Below are positions 19,509 to 30,233 of a stretch of 64,000 nt of DNA, in pieces. The stretch lies in the NCBI GenBank assembly GCA_042408215.1, contig JAYFMW010000006.1, positions 288,001 to 352,000 on the forward strand. The letters are read 5' to 3'. Numbering within the stretch: the first letter of the stretch is position 1; every line of letters starts with the position of its first letter. This stretch comes from Microcoleus sp. Its GTDB lineage: Bacteria > Cyanobacteriota > Cyanobacteriia > Cyanobacteriales > Microcoleaceae. Made by a program: the position numbers and the translations under genes. Under the pieces are notes generated by a model. That model was given only the letters and a program-made list of their open reading frames with translations. It was not told the origin of the DNA and made no database searches.

Positions 19509-22500
19509 TGGTTTCCTCCTTGCTTTGCGAGTCGTACCTGCGATCGAGCCTGTGATTGACTAACTCGCGAACATCGCGCAACAAAGTATCGCAACTGTAG
19601 ACTCCCTTTTGTAGCACCCGAGCGACATAACCGTTGAGCTGCTGGCTTTCGGCTGGGGTCAGGTCTTTAGCGGTAGTCACTACAATGGGTATGGGAGCGA
19701 CCGAGTAGGATTTGCGAAGTTCGCCGATCAACTCAAAGCCATCCATTTCTGGGAGCATCAAATCCAGCAGAATCAGGTGTGGCCGGGCAATGTCTAGCTG
19801 CTGGAGAGCAGCCCGTCCGCTGTCAGCTTCCGCCACAGCCCAACCTTGTTTTTCTAGTATGCGTCGCAATATTGTGCGCGTGGCAACGTCGTCTTCCACA
19901 ATTAAGATCTGACGGATCGAACTGTGATTAGCAACGCCATCTCGATCGCGCCGATACTTGCTCAACAAAGAAGCCAGTCGTTTACCGTCCACTGGCTTGG
20001 TGAGGTAGTCCGATGCGCCCATTGCAAAGCCGAGGCTTTTGTTACCGACAAACGATAGCAGAATGACAGGGATCTCAGCAAGGTCAGGATCTGCCTTCAG
20101 AGCCGAGAGCACTGCCCAGCCGTCCATTCCGGGCATAATCACATCCAGGGTAATAGCATCGGGTTGCAGTTGCTTAGCGAGTTTCAGGGCTTGCTCGCCA
20201 CTAGAGGCGACTTCGATGTGCAGTCCTTGACGAGTCAGGGCGCGTTCGATCAAATCCCGCGAGATCGGGTCATCGTCAACCACCAGCACCGTGCCGACAG
20301 CAGGCGCGCCCTCTGGGGAACTACTGGGACGGACTGTGTTTTTTACTTCGGGCTGTTTGATTTCGCTGGGCAGGAGTACGGTGAAAGCGCTGCCGACACC
20401 CAATGTGCTGATCGCCTCAATGCTGCCGCCCATCATCTGGCAGAAGCGCTGGCTAATTGCCAGTCCCAAACCTGTGCCACCGTACTTGCGCGTAGTCGAG
20501 GCGTCTGCTTGGGTGAAAGGTTGGAAAATGCGCTGTAATTGTTCTAGAGTCATGCCGATGCCGGTGTCGGCGACGCGGAAACTTAAGAATTCGGAGTTGG
20601 AAATTAAAATTTGGGAAGATTCCTGTTGATTTTTCATTCTCAATTGTTCATTTTTAATTCTTTCGACTCCGATCGCAATCTTCCCGTTGTGGGTGAACTT
20701 GGCAGCATTGCTGAGTAGGTTCAGCAGCACTTGCCGGACTTTTGTCATGTCGGCGTGCATGGTTTCGAGGTTTTCAGGACAGTGCACTTCCACAGTGTTG
20801 CCGTTTTTCTCGACCAGTGGCCCCGCCGTGGCGACAGCGCTTTCAATCAGAGCAGGGATGTTGAAGGTTTCTAGGTAGAGCTCCATTCGGCCTGCTTCAA
20901 TTTTAGAGATATCTAGGATGTCATCGATTAGAGACAGCAGGTGTTTGCCTGCGGTGCGGATTTTTTCGAGATCCGGGACTGATGCATCGTTGCCGGAGTC
21001 TTCGGCTTCTTCTTGGAGCATTTCGCTGTAGCCGACGATCGCATTCAGGGGTGTACGCAGTTCGTGGCTCATGTTGGCTAGAAATGTGCTTTTTGCCCGG
21101 TTGGCGGATTCCGCTGCTTCTAGGGCTAATTTCATGGCGGATTCTGCAAGTTTTCGATCGGTGATCTCTTCGACAGTGCCTTCGTAGTACAGAATCTTAC
21201 CGCCCTCGTCACAAATGCTGCGGGCGTTTTCGGAAATCCAAATCATGCTGCCGTCTCGGCGGTATACTTGGGATTCAAATTTTGACACTTCGTGGCGATC
21301 GGCCAATTCAGCAATCCACTCGGTGTGGCGGTTGGGGTTAACGTAAAGTTGGCGGTTGATGTCTGTGAGTTCGGCGAGCATTTGGGTACAGGAATCGTAG
21401 CCGTAAATGCGTGCTAGTGAGGGGTTGGCGGTGAGGTAGCGCCCGTCTACGGTGGTCTGGAAGATACCTGGGACTGCGTTTTCAAAGATGCTGCGGTAGC
21501 TGGTTTCGGCTTGCCGCAGGGCCAATTCAGCCCGCTGGCGTTCTAGGGTATTGGCGAGCATTTCTCCGGCCGCCTTTAGCAACCTGGATATTTCTGGCGA
21601 TCGACTTTCTGTCGCATTGAATGACTCTAATCCCAGAATTCCTACTAGGGTTTTATTGCAAATTAGGGGGATTATTATCAGGGTTTGAATACTTTTTTGA
21701 GCCTGGTTTAATTCTGAGTTGTTTGGGGATTTTTGACTCGAATCTATTGAGGCGCTTCGAGTTTTTTTGGCGGTTGATGATTGAGTATTTACTAATAATT
21801 CTGCTGGGTTTTGACCTCGCAGATAGGCTATTTCGGCTAAAGCTTGAGGTTCTAGTTCGCCGATCGCAGAGATGTACAGGCTTTCTGTCCGATCGAGTTT
21901 TTCGGCTAGCATGGGAATTTGTGCGATCGCCAGTCCTTGGAGCTTGTCTCTTAATGGCGTGATGCCACTTTTGCACCACTCGTAGGTATTGTCGATGCAG
22001 GTTTTGTCGGATGATAGCAGGTAGATGTAACTGCTGTCAAAGCCGCTTAAAATGGCGATCGCTTCCAGGGCTTGGTGGATGCCTTTGTCTATTTCTGAGC
22101 CTGACAGACTGAGCAAATGGGTTGACAAACTGGTAATTAACTGCTCGAATTCTACTCGATAATGCAAAGCTTGTTCTACTTTTTGGCGATCGGTAACATC
22201 CAGAAAGCTCCAGACTCTGCCAACTATGTTTGCTCCGACTTTTAAGGGCTGGGAATTTAACTCGAAAATTTGCCCATTTTTTAATTCTAATAAGTCGTTG
22301 ATTTTAGCATCGGTCACGGCCGACACTTTCATCACGTTTTTGAGCAATCCTTGGGGATTTTTTAATTGGCGCAGGGCCAAGGGTAGAGCTGTTTTGGTCG
22401 GTTTTTTGAGAACGCCGATTCTCGATCGGCTCAATTCCCCAGATTCGGACAAACCCCACATCTCCACAACTTTTTGATTATAACTGCATACATTGCCGTT

Positions 22501-22602
22501 TTTGTCAACAGCAATCATGCCAGCATCTGTAGATTCTAACAATGCTTGCAGTAGGTCGAGCGATCGCTCTTGTTCAGTAGCAAACCGCTGTTGTTTTTCC
22601 AT
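19501..22602 (-). CDS. Hybrid sensor histidine kinase (PAS-GAF-PAS-HisKA-HATPase-REC-REC)
   Basis: FLANMSHELRTPLN, NLLSNAAKFT, GGTGLGLAI and two C-terminal REC domains. Confidence 0.95.
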   Translation of the reverse strand: MEKQQRFATEQERSLDLLQALLESTDAGMIAVDKNGNVCSYNQKVVEMWGLSESGELSRSRIGVLKKPTKTALPLALRQLKNPQGLLKNVMKVSAVTDAKINDLLELKNGQIFELNSQPLKVGANIVGRVWSFLDVTDRQKVEQALHYRVEFEQLITSLSTHLLSLSGSEIDKGIHQALEAIAILSGFDSSYIYLLSSDKTCIDNTYEWCKSGITPLRDKLQGLAIAQIPMLAEKLDRTESLYISAIGELEPQALAEIAYLRGQNPAELLVNTQSSTAKKTRSASIDSSQKSPNNSELNQAQKSIQTLIIIPLICNKTLVGILGLESFNATESRSPEISRLLKAAGEMLANTLERQRAELALRQAETSYRSIFENAVPGIFQTTVDGRYLTANPSLARIYGYDSCTQMLAELTDINRQLYVNPNRHTEWIAELADRHEVSKFESQVYRRDGSMIWISENARSICDEGGKILYYEGTVEEITDRKLAESAMKLALEAAESANRAKSTFLANMSHELRTPLNAIVGYSEMLQEEAEDSGNDASVPDLEKIRTAGKHLLSLIDDILDISKIEAGRMELYLETFNIPALIESAVATAGPLVEKNGNTVEVHCPENLETMHADMTKVRQVLLNLLSNAAKFTHNGKIAIGVERIKNEQLRMKNQQESSQILISNSEFLSFRVADTGIGMTLEQLQRIFQPFTQADASTTRKYGGTGLGLAISQRFCQMMGGSIEAISTLGVGSAFTVLLPSEIKQPEVKNTVRPSSSPEGAPAVGTVLVVDDDPISRDLIERALTRQGLHIEVASSGEQALKLAKQLQPDAITLDVIMPGMDGWAVLSALKADPDLAEIPVILLSFVGNKSLGFAMGASDYLTKPVDGKRLASLLSKYRRDRDGVANHSSIRQILIVEDDVATRTILRRILEKQGWAVAEADSGRAALQQLDIARPHLILLDLMLPEMDGFELIGELRKSYSVAPIPIVVTTAKDLTPAESQQLNGYVARVLQKGVYSCDTLLRDVRELVNHRLDRRYDSQSKEETNG

Positions 22603-23203
22603 GTCAAAAAAGACTAAGACTGATAAGTTGCCACCCTCCCAGGCGGGATTGAAAAAATAGGAAACTTCTAAAATCTTACCATCGCCTCGGAAAAATAGGC
22701 GCTCGGAGTTTCTGCAAGGTTGACAAAAGGCGATCGCCTCTTGTCAAGATAGTGAAGTGGCGATCGGCGAATTTTGACTCTTAGTTGCTTGCTGTTGCCG
22801 ATCGCTCGTAAGTTTTTTAAAGATTTTGGATTGACGGCCACGATCATATTTTCCTTCTGTCGAATTGTGCACGCGTATAGCCTGATTGTAGCTTAAAAGT
22901 TTCACTCTCTACGTTGTAGTTGTAACAATCGACACAAGCACTGTTTATCTAAAGGCGGTAAAAACTACGGCTATCACAGAGGATTAAAGAATCAAGGTGA
23001 TAATTTACACTTGCTAGCTACAGTACATCGCCTTACAAGTCGGGTTGACGCTCTGGCACGAAGAAACTTTGCGTCAATCGAGATGTACACATAGAGTGAG
23101 TCTCTGATTTGAAAGTTTAATGGGTATAGAAATAATCTAGAGCGCCGCATCCTAGGATTCAAGCTAACTCAAAGTCTGAAACGGCGTAAATACGTTACTT
23201 GAC

Positions 23204-23345
23204 CAAGAAGTTGGGATACAAGCCCCGTCCTTCTAGGACAGCTTTTCTTGATTTTCTAATATACTCCTTCAAAACATCTGTGCACCGCCAACAGAAACCG
23301 CAAAATAACTAGGACTCCACAATGCCTCTTTGTGGGGCTTCTTAT
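23204..23345. mobile_element. tnpA: IS200/IS605 left-end remnant with a degraded tnpA (Y1) 3' fragment
   Basis: TTGAC|CAAGAAGTTGGGATACAAGCCCCGTCCTTCTAGGACAG hairpin; the minus strand reads ALWSPSYFAVSVGGA..VLKEYI.NQ with frameshifts. Confidence 0.75.
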
Positions 23346-23416
23346 CGATCTAATTTACTGGCATTCTTAACATTTACTCGATCTATTTTATCATAACTAA
23401 AATTTGTCAAAAATAT

Positions 23417-25930
23417 CTAGGGATCAAGCATTTCGGTTAAGATCGAAGTTGCTTTGAAGATAGCTGGCAGCCGAATTGTAAAAGTAGAACCTTTATCCAA
23501 CTCGCTGAGTGCGGTAATATCTCCGCCCATCATTTCGCAGAATTTCTTAGTAATCGTTAATCCCAAACCTGTACCGCCGTACTTCTTAGTAGTTGAAGAA
23601 TCGGCTTGCGTAAACGGATCGAAGATTCTGTCTAACTGTTCGGAACTCATGCCGATACCGGTATCTGCGATCGTAAACAAAATCCAGTCACCAGAGGGAG
23701 ATAAAGGCAAGGGGGGAGACAAGGAAGAAGAGTTTTGTAGTTGCGATCCTGCTTCTGGCAGTCGGGGGGCGGTCTTGGGAATGCCTGCGAATTCTCGGGT
23801 AACGGCGAAAGTAATCACGCCAGAGCAAGTAAACTTAGAGGCATTGCTGAGGAGGTTGAGCAGGGACTGCTGAAGTTTAGTCAAGTCGGTCTGCATCGAG
23901 CCAATATCGTCAGGACATTGTATCTCTAAGATATTGGTATTTTTGTCTGCCATCGGCCTGATCGTGGAGGTCACATCCTCAACCAGATTAAAAATGTTAA
24001 AGGTTTCGACGTGCAGGTTCATGCGGCCTGCTTCAATTTTAGAGAAGTCAAGGATATCCTTAATCAGTGCTAGCAAATGTTGGCCGGCCGTGTTAATTTT
24101 CTTGAGGTCGCCGACGAACTCTTCGGCGCCGAGGTCTTGGGCATCTTCTTGCAGGAGCTCACTATAGCCAATGATGGCGTTGAGGGGTGTACGCAGTTCA
24201 TGGCTCATGTTGGCAAGAAAAATGCTTTTCGAGCGGTTGGCGGCTTCGGCGGCTAATGCGGCCTGGCGGAATTCTTCGGAGCGCTTGTGTTCGGTGATGT
24301 CGCTGGTCATGATTAACACGCACTGAGTGCTGCCGAGGTCGATGAGTTCCACCGACAGCAGCCAGTCGCGGACAACGCCTGCTTTGGTGCGAATTTTGAT
24401 TTCTTGATTGCTGACAGAATTTTGCGCGAGCAAAATCTCGGCGAGTCGCTGTCCGTCTTCAGAATTGACCAACATTCCCAATTCGCTGGCGGTGCGGCCG
24501 ATAAATTCGTGGCGTTCCCAGCCCAAGGAGCGCAAAAAGCTTTCGTTGGCATCGAGAAAGCATCCGTCTGTGAGGGTGCAGATGCTGATGCCGACTGGAG
24601 AAGCGTGAAAGGCTTTGGAAAATCGTTCTTCGGAAGAACGCAGGGCGGCTTCGGCGCGCTTTCTGTCGGTGATGTCTTGGACGGTGCTGGTGATGTAGAT
24701 GGAGTTGACGGCGGCGTGTTCGCAGACTGTGCGGTGGCTGCCGTCGGGGAGTACGAGACGGTAGTCGATGCTGTAAGGTTGTTTATGTAATAAAGCTGCT
24801 TGAATGGATGTCTTGACTAATTCTCTGTCTTCGGGGTGCACATATTCTAAGAAGCCTTCGAGACTGGGTTCAAAAGTTCCCGGCGGCTGTCCGAGAATGC
24901 GGTAAATTTCGTCTGACCATCGCAGTTGCTGGGTTCTGCGGTCTAAGTCCCAGTTGCCTAACTGGGCGATGCGCTGGGCGTTGGCGAGGCTGGCTTCGCT
25001 GGCTCGTAGGGAAATTTCTGCTTGGCGACGTTCGGCTACCGTGGCGGCTAAGACTAGGCCGGTGACGGCGATGACGGCGATGAAGGCTTGCAGGGATAAC
25101 AGGGCTTGGGGGATGCTGCTGGCGTGTTTGAGAAAGGGGCCGCTGCCTCTGGCTATGCCCCAGATGGCGAAGCCTGTGAGGATGAGGTTGGAGAGGGCTG
25201 TGTAGCGCTGACCGAATCGAAAGGCTGCCCAAACTACTAGGGGAAAGGGCAGGTATTCGAGGGGATAGCGGGCGTAGGCGGCGCGGGTGCGGGAGCAGAA
25301 GACGAGCCAACCGACGGCGAGCAGCAGCAGCAGCCAAATGGCGCGTTCGGCAACCTGCTGGCGCTGGGTTTTGGCGGTGGGCAATTCACGCCAAGTCAGC
25401 AGCAGGGGGGCGATGAGCAAAATTCCCATCGCGTCTCCCACCCACCCAGTCGCCCAAATCGTGCCTAAATTGCTCCAGCTAGCTAAGCCTGTTAGGCACT
25501 GGATGATGCTGCCGATGGTGGAGTTGATCAGGGTTGAGCCGAAGGCTGCTAGCCCGACTATTCCTAAAACGTCTTTGAGCCGATCGATCCCTGGGTTGAA
25601 GTTGATGCGTTGCAGCAGGTAAGTTCCCGTCCACGCTTGCAAGGTTCTGGCGCTGGCTGAGATGAATGCAGTGGCTATGTTGGCGGACGGTATGCTCATG
25701 CTGAACAGGAAGCCTCCGATCGCGATGCCGGGCCATAGTTGACGTCCGAACAGCAGCAGGGCGACTTGGGCAATTCCTGCTGCTGGCCACATGGGGGATA
25801 CTTCTGAACTCAGGGTGAGTGTGGAAATGGCGAATTGGGACGCCCAAAAGTAGATCAGGGCGATCGCGCCGACTAATAAAAAGTAACGCCAGGAAGATCC
25901 TTTGATTTTGTTAAGCAACTTGGTCTGCAT
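23417..25930 (-). CDS. MASE1-PAS-PAS sensor histidine kinase
   Basis: Multi-TM MASE1 (MWPAAG, WVGDAMG), PAS motifs and FLANMSHELRTPLN. Confidence 0.93.
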   Translation of the reverse strand: MQTKLLNKIKGSSWRYFLLVGAIALIYFWASQFAISTLTLSSEVSPMWPAAGIAQVALLLFGRQLWPGIAIGGFLFSMSIPSANIATAFISASARTLQAWTGTYLLQRINFNPGIDRLKDVLGIVGLAAFGSTLINSTIGSIIQCLTGLASWSNLGTIWATGWVGDAMGILLIAPLLLTWRELPTAKTQRQQVAERAIWLLLLLAVGWLVFCSRTRAAYARYPLEYLPFPLVVWAAFRFGQRYTALSNLILTGFAIWGIARGSGPFLKHASSIPQALLSLQAFIAVIAVTGLVLAATVAERRQAEISLRASEASLANAQRIAQLGNWDLDRRTQQLRWSDEIYRILGQPPGTFEPSLEGFLEYVHPEDRELVKTSIQAALLHKQPYSIDYRLVLPDGSHRTVCEHAAVNSIYITSTVQDITDRKRAEAALRSSEERFSKAFHASPVGISICTLTDGCFLDANESFLRSLGWERHEFIGRTASELGMLVNSEDGQRLAEILLAQNSVSNQEIKIRTKAGVVRDWLLSVELIDLGSTQCVLIMTSDITEHKRSEEFRQAALAAEAANRSKSIFLANMSHELRTPLNAIIGYSELLQEDAQDLGAEEFVGDLKKINTAGQHLLALIKDILDFSKIEAGRMNLHVETFNIFNLVEDVTSTIRPMADKNTNILEIQCPDDIGSMQTDLTKLQQSLLNLLSNASKFTCSGVITFAVTREFAGIPKTAPRLPEAGSQLQNSSSLSPPLPLSPSGDWILFTIADTGIGMSSEQLDRIFDPFTQADSSTTKKYGGTGLGLTITKKFCEMMGGDITALSELDKGSTFTIRLPAIFKATSILTEMLDP

Positions 25931-26442
25931 TGTCGTTTGGGGAAAAGGTAGCCGATTGTTCTGAAATTATTAGGTGGCACGGGACAGGTACGGGGTAGGT
26001 AAAATGATGCTATTAAGTGATTGTAAGTCATAGATCGTAGCTAGGGGGATGACTTCTTTACTGTGCGATCGATTTAAAATTAAGTATCAGGAAGAAGGAA
26101 GAACGAAGAAGGAAGAATGCTCATACAGCAAGCTTTTTAGCCTCCTGTATCTTACGTTTAATTAAGTGGATTTACTTAAAAATTAACGATCGACTAGCGG
26201 GGATGCTATACAACTTAAGTTTATTTATCCCCATATACTGAAAGCAGAAGTCAACAAAAATGGTAGCGGAAGTTAATTTTCCCTCATCTCTCAAGCACTT
26301 GCTTTCTGGCAAATATAGCAACCGCCGGGGTGCCACCGGACGTTATTAATTGCTGAAACGATTGCTGAGACTGCACGTTGACGAATGACGAATGCCTATA
26401 GGTTCTGCCTTCTGAGTTTTGATGCCCTCAAAGAGTGGCAAT

Positions 26443-27783
26443 CTATTTCCCAGATGCTGCTGCGATATCTAATGTTACTGCCAAACGCTCTTGAGCTTCT
26501 TTGAGGGCGGATGAGGGCCGGCCACCGAGAAGGGTTGCTTCTATAGCACGACCTAGGTTTTCTGACAGGTGGGAGTAACCTGAGATAATGGGTCGCGATC
26601 GAGCTGATTTCATTTGTCCTAAAAATACTCGCAAAACTGGGGTTTTTGCCACAAAGTTTTGATAAGTTTGGCTTTGTCTCGATTTGAGGTTAATTGGCAA
26701 ATAACCTGTGCCCAAGGCCCAGGCGGTTTGGAATTCTTCACCGAGGGCGTATTCTAAGAATTCTAGCCCTGCTTTTTCTCGTTCTGGCGAGGTTTTCATT
26801 AAAAATAGGTGTTCACCCCCAACGACGGCTGCGTGGCGTTTGAGAGCTGGTATAGGGATAGCTCCGTAGTCGATTTTAGTTTGCTCCAACTGTGCTAGCG
26901 TCCAAGGCCCGGTGATTTGCATGGCGACTTTGCCGGCGATGAAGTTATCGAGTTCGTAACCCCGTTCCGGTGCTGACAGTATTGCTGAACCTTCTTTTAA
27001 CAAGTCGCTCCACAATTCTAAGGCGGCGAGAGAGCCTGGGTTGTCTATTTGAGGTATGGGAGTTTGAGCTGTCCCTGCTTTGAGTTCACCACCTGCACTA
27101 AACATGAATGGGAGCCAGGTAAATACTGTCCATTCTCCTTTGCCTAGGGGGAGCACTATGCCGTGTTGATCCGTGCGACCGTCTCCGTTGGTGTCACGCG
27201 AAAGCGATCGGGCTACTTGCTTTAATTCTTGCCAATTCTGTGGCAATTCTGTGATTCCTGCTGCTTTAAATAAGCTGGGACGGTAAAATATTGCTGTGTT
27301 GTTTGTTGCTAGGGGAACTGACCAAGTGTGTCCGTCCAGTTCCATTGACTCGAACAGGGCCGGATCGATTTCGGCTTTGATGGGGGATTGATCGAGCCAG
27401 TTTTCTAGTGGTTGAATTGCTTGCAGTTCTGCTAATTTCCCTGCCATTGTGGGAGTATTCCAAAGCAAATCTGGGGCGGCGTTTCCGACAATTGCTGTCA
27501 AGATTTTTGGCAATTGTTGGTCTGGCTGACCGATGTAAAGTGCTTCTAATTGGATATTAGGATGTGTTTTGTTGAATTTTTCTGTGAGGGTTTGAAACAC
27601 ATCTCGGTTGGGTGGGGGATTGATGCCGTGCCACAGTGTGAGGTGAATGATACCGCTCTTTTTGCCAGTGAGTGCGGTGCTGTTTTGACAGCCGCTTAAT
27701 ATGAGCATATTTAAGGTAAGTAAAAGGCAGAAAGCGCGTTTTACTTGCTTTTTAATTGCTGTGGATAATTTGGATAAAATCAT
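26443..27783 (-). CDS. Carbohydrate ABC transporter substrate-binding lipoprotein
   Basis: Lipobox ILSGC; LTLWHG; FYRPSLF; AMQITGPW. Confidence 0.9.
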   Translation of the reverse strand: MILSKLSTAIKKQVKRAFCLLLTLNMLILSGCQNSTALTGKKSGIIHLTLWHGINPPPNRDVFQTLTEKFNKTHPNIQLEALYIGQPDQQLPKILTAIVGNAAPDLLWNTPTMAGKLAELQAIQPLENWLDQSPIKAEIDPALFESMELDGHTWSVPLATNNTAIFYRPSLFKAAGITELPQNWQELKQVARSLSRDTNGDGRTDQHGIVLPLGKGEWTVFTWLPFMFSAGGELKAGTAQTPIPQIDNPGSLAALELWSDLLKEGSAILSAPERGYELDNFIAGKVAMQITGPWTLAQLEQTKIDYGAIPIPALKRHAAVVGGEHLFLMKTSPEREKAGLEFLEYALGEEFQTAWALGTGYLPINLKSRQSQTYQNFVAKTPVLRVFLGQMKSARSRPIISGYSHLSENLGRAIEATLLGGRPSSALKEAQERLAVTLDIAAASGK

Positions 27784-27822
27784 TTTTGAGTTGCACCCAG
27801 AGAATCAGATTTTTTAGACAGC

Positions 27823-27965
27823 TTCGGAAGCACAGGCGGGACGCCCGTTTCGGAAGCACAGGCGGGACGCCCGTGCCACAAGAAGCCTCACAGGCGGGAC
27901 GCCCGTTTCGGAAGCACAGGCGGGACGCCCGTGCCACAAGAAGCCTCACAGGCGGGACGTGCCAC
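27823..27965. repeat. Tandem array of GTGG-type REP hairpins (CACAGGCGGGACGCCCGT, five copies)
   Basis: Direct repeats visible. Confidence 0.85.
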
Positions 27966-27970
27966 GATAG

Positions 27971-28921
27971 TTAGAGATTGGTAAAACGGGCTGAATCTAA
28001 AAAATCGGCTGGGAGCTGATTTTTTTGTCCTTCTGTGGTATTTTGAAACAAAATCGTGAAGGCTCCTGCTCCTAGTTTATGTTGCGGCCACATCCGATAG
28101 CAAGGAATTTCTGTCAGGTGCGATCGATATTTTTCTAAGTGTGGAACTATGACTGGCTGAAATTGCGGAAATTTGCTTAACAACCATTCACCCACTTGTT
28201 CGTTTTCTGCCGTTGAATAGGTACAAGTCATGTAAGCAAGATAGCCTTGGGGTGCTACAATTTTGGCAGAATTGGCTAAGATTCTTTTTTGGCGACTGGC
28301 GTTGCCGTTAATGGTGACTGGATGAAAGCAGCCCGGTGCTTTGTCTCCTTTTGCTAGTAATGATTGACCTGTACAAGGAGCATCTACTATTACTAGATTA
28401 GCAGTTTCTGGTAGCTTTTCTGCAAGGATTTTTGAATCTAGATTCATTGTAGCCGATCGACTAATCTGGCAGCGTTTTAAGTTAGATAGTAACATTCCAA
28501 TGCGCTTGCCGATGACTTCGTTGCACAAGAGCAATTCTGGGTTTAATGTTTTCCAAGCAAAGATACTTTTTCCTCCTGGGGCGGCGCACATATCTAAGAT
28601 TAGTTCCAGTGGCTGTGTAATTGTTAATAAACTGGAGGCGGCAAAGATTGAGGAAAAGTCTAGACAATAGTAATGTCCTGCTTGATGTAAGGAATGTTTG
28701 CCCGGCTTGGCGTTGAGGGCAAGTCTATCTACAAATTCTGGTTGCCAAAGTGCAACTTGTTCGAGATTAAATGGGTTTTCTGTTGGTTTTGGTTGCAGCC
28801 ACAAGATGGCTGGATTAAATGGTTGGGGATTGGTGACGGCGTGAATAAACTTTTCTTGTTCTGCGCTGTCTGCAAATAAGCTGCGGCTGAGTTTAAGCAG
28901 GAGGTTAGACGGTTTTTCCAT
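27971..28921 (-). CDS. RsmB/NOP family RNA m5C methyltransferase
   Basis: LDMCAAPGGKS, VDAPCTG and YMTCT motifs. Confidence 0.9.
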   Translation of the reverse strand: MEKPSNLLLKLSRSLFADSAEQEKFIHAVTNPQPFNPAILWLQPKPTENPFNLEQVALWQPEFVDRLALNAKPGKHSLHQAGHYYCLDFSSIFAASSLLTITQPLELILDMCAAPGGKSIFAWKTLNPELLLCNEVIGKRIGMLLSNLKRCQISRSATMNLDSKILAEKLPETANLVIVDAPCTGQSLLAKGDKAPGCFHPVTINGNASRQKRILANSAKIVAPQGYLAYMTCTYSTAENEQVGEWLLSKFPQFQPVIVPHLEKYRSHLTEIPCYRMWPQHKLGAGAFTILFQNTTEGQKNQLPADFLDSARFTNL

Positions 28922-29045
28922 AGATGATAAGATAGGATCGAATGTCGGAGAATAGTCGCTTTTTCAGGGCTGGTTTATCGATATTCGGGATGTGAATTAT
29001 AGATGTTGGTGAACTCGGCCCTACAGATATTGTGGTTGATTGCTG

Positions 29046-30158
29046 TCAGGTCGAAGGCGCAACTGGCGGCAAGTCAGAATTATTTTTAGCCTGAGTTATT
29101 GCTGACCGATGTTCGCCCCGAATCTTCGGTTTTAAGTACAAGTTTTCAATCAAAGCAGCAACTCCCGCAAACCAAGGTGGCACAATCACAGCCCCGATAA
29201 TTCCCAATACTTGAACTCCTCCTAAAACAGATAGTAATTGATACAAAGGATGGACTCCTACGGAGGAGCCAACTAACAAAGGATCGAGCACGTAAGTTTC
29301 CAAATTTTGGATAAATACAAATAATAGCAATACCCATAAAAGTACCCAGCCACCTTTAGCTAATGCTACGATTAATGCTGGTACTGCTCCCAATACGGGC
29401 CCGATGAAGGGAATTAGGTTGGTCACGCCTGCGATCGCACCTAAGCCCAAAGCAAATTCCGGCATTCCTAAAAAGCTCAAGCCAGTGGTAATAAATATGC
29501 CTAAAATCCCCGAAACTAACACTCGCCCGCGAATGTAACTCCCCATTCTTTGACCAATCGGTGTAGCTTGGGCGGCTAATCTTTCGTCCCAAGGTTTGGG
29601 GAAAAACTGCACTAAACTTTTAATTAAAGTTTCGCTGTCTGCTACCATGTAACCGGAGATAAATAAAGCTAAAACTAAACTGAAGAAACCTCCTAAAATT
29701 CCCCTAGTTAGACTATACGATCGCAAAACCAGTTGTTGGCTCGATCGAATTACCCAATTAGTCAAAGATTGAGTATTCACAAATTCGCTCAGCAACTCCG
29801 GCGGGTTGTCTGTCAACCGGCCGATCAAACCTGTCGCCACATTTCGCAAACTTTCGACATAAACTGGCATCTGCCGCAGCAATAACTCTATTTGTTCGAT
29901 TACCGTCGGGCCAATTAATAGTACAGTGCCACTAAATCCCCCGATGAGAGTTAAATAAACCACTATCACGGCCAGCCAGCGGGGAACTCGCCTCGTCTCG
30001 GCCCAATTCACTATTGGTACGATGGAAGCAGCTAGCACAACTGATATCATCAGAATTACTAGCAGGCTCCGCAATTGCCACAGCAGGACGAGCAGCAAGG
30101 AAGATGCTACAATTAGCAGCAAGTTAGGTAAAGAAATAGTAATCCGTTGTTCTGACAT
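29046..30158 (-). CDS. AI-2E family transporter
   Basis: Multi-TM protein; NLIPFIGP; QNLETYVLDP; GVHPL. Confidence 0.9.
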   Translation of the reverse strand: MSEQRITISLPNLLLIVASSLLLVLLWQLRSLLVILMISVVLAASIVPIVNWAETRRVPRWLAVIVVYLTLIGGFSGTVLLIGPTVIEQIELLLRQMPVYVESLRNVATGLIGRLTDNPPELLSEFVNTQSLTNWVIRSSQQLVLRSYSLTRGILGGFFSLVLALFISGYMVADSETLIKSLVQFFPKPWDERLAAQATPIGQRMGSYIRGRVLVSGILGIFITTGLSFLGMPEFALGLGAIAGVTNLIPFIGPVLGAVPALIVALAKGGWVLLWVLLLFVFIQNLETYVLDPLLVGSSVGVHPLYQLLSVLGGVQVLGIIGAVIVPPWFAGVAALIENLYLKPKIRGEHRSAITQAKNNSDLPPVAPST

Positions 30159-30233
30159 GATTAAATAATAAATGTAGTCTTAGAGGGCGAGTTTATCTCT
30201 CTCTTGATTTACCCCAAATATTTAGGGTGAAAC

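Noticed and set aside
27823..27965. Possible mini-CRISPR
   Set aside because: The linkers repeat and are very short; the units are REP hairpins.
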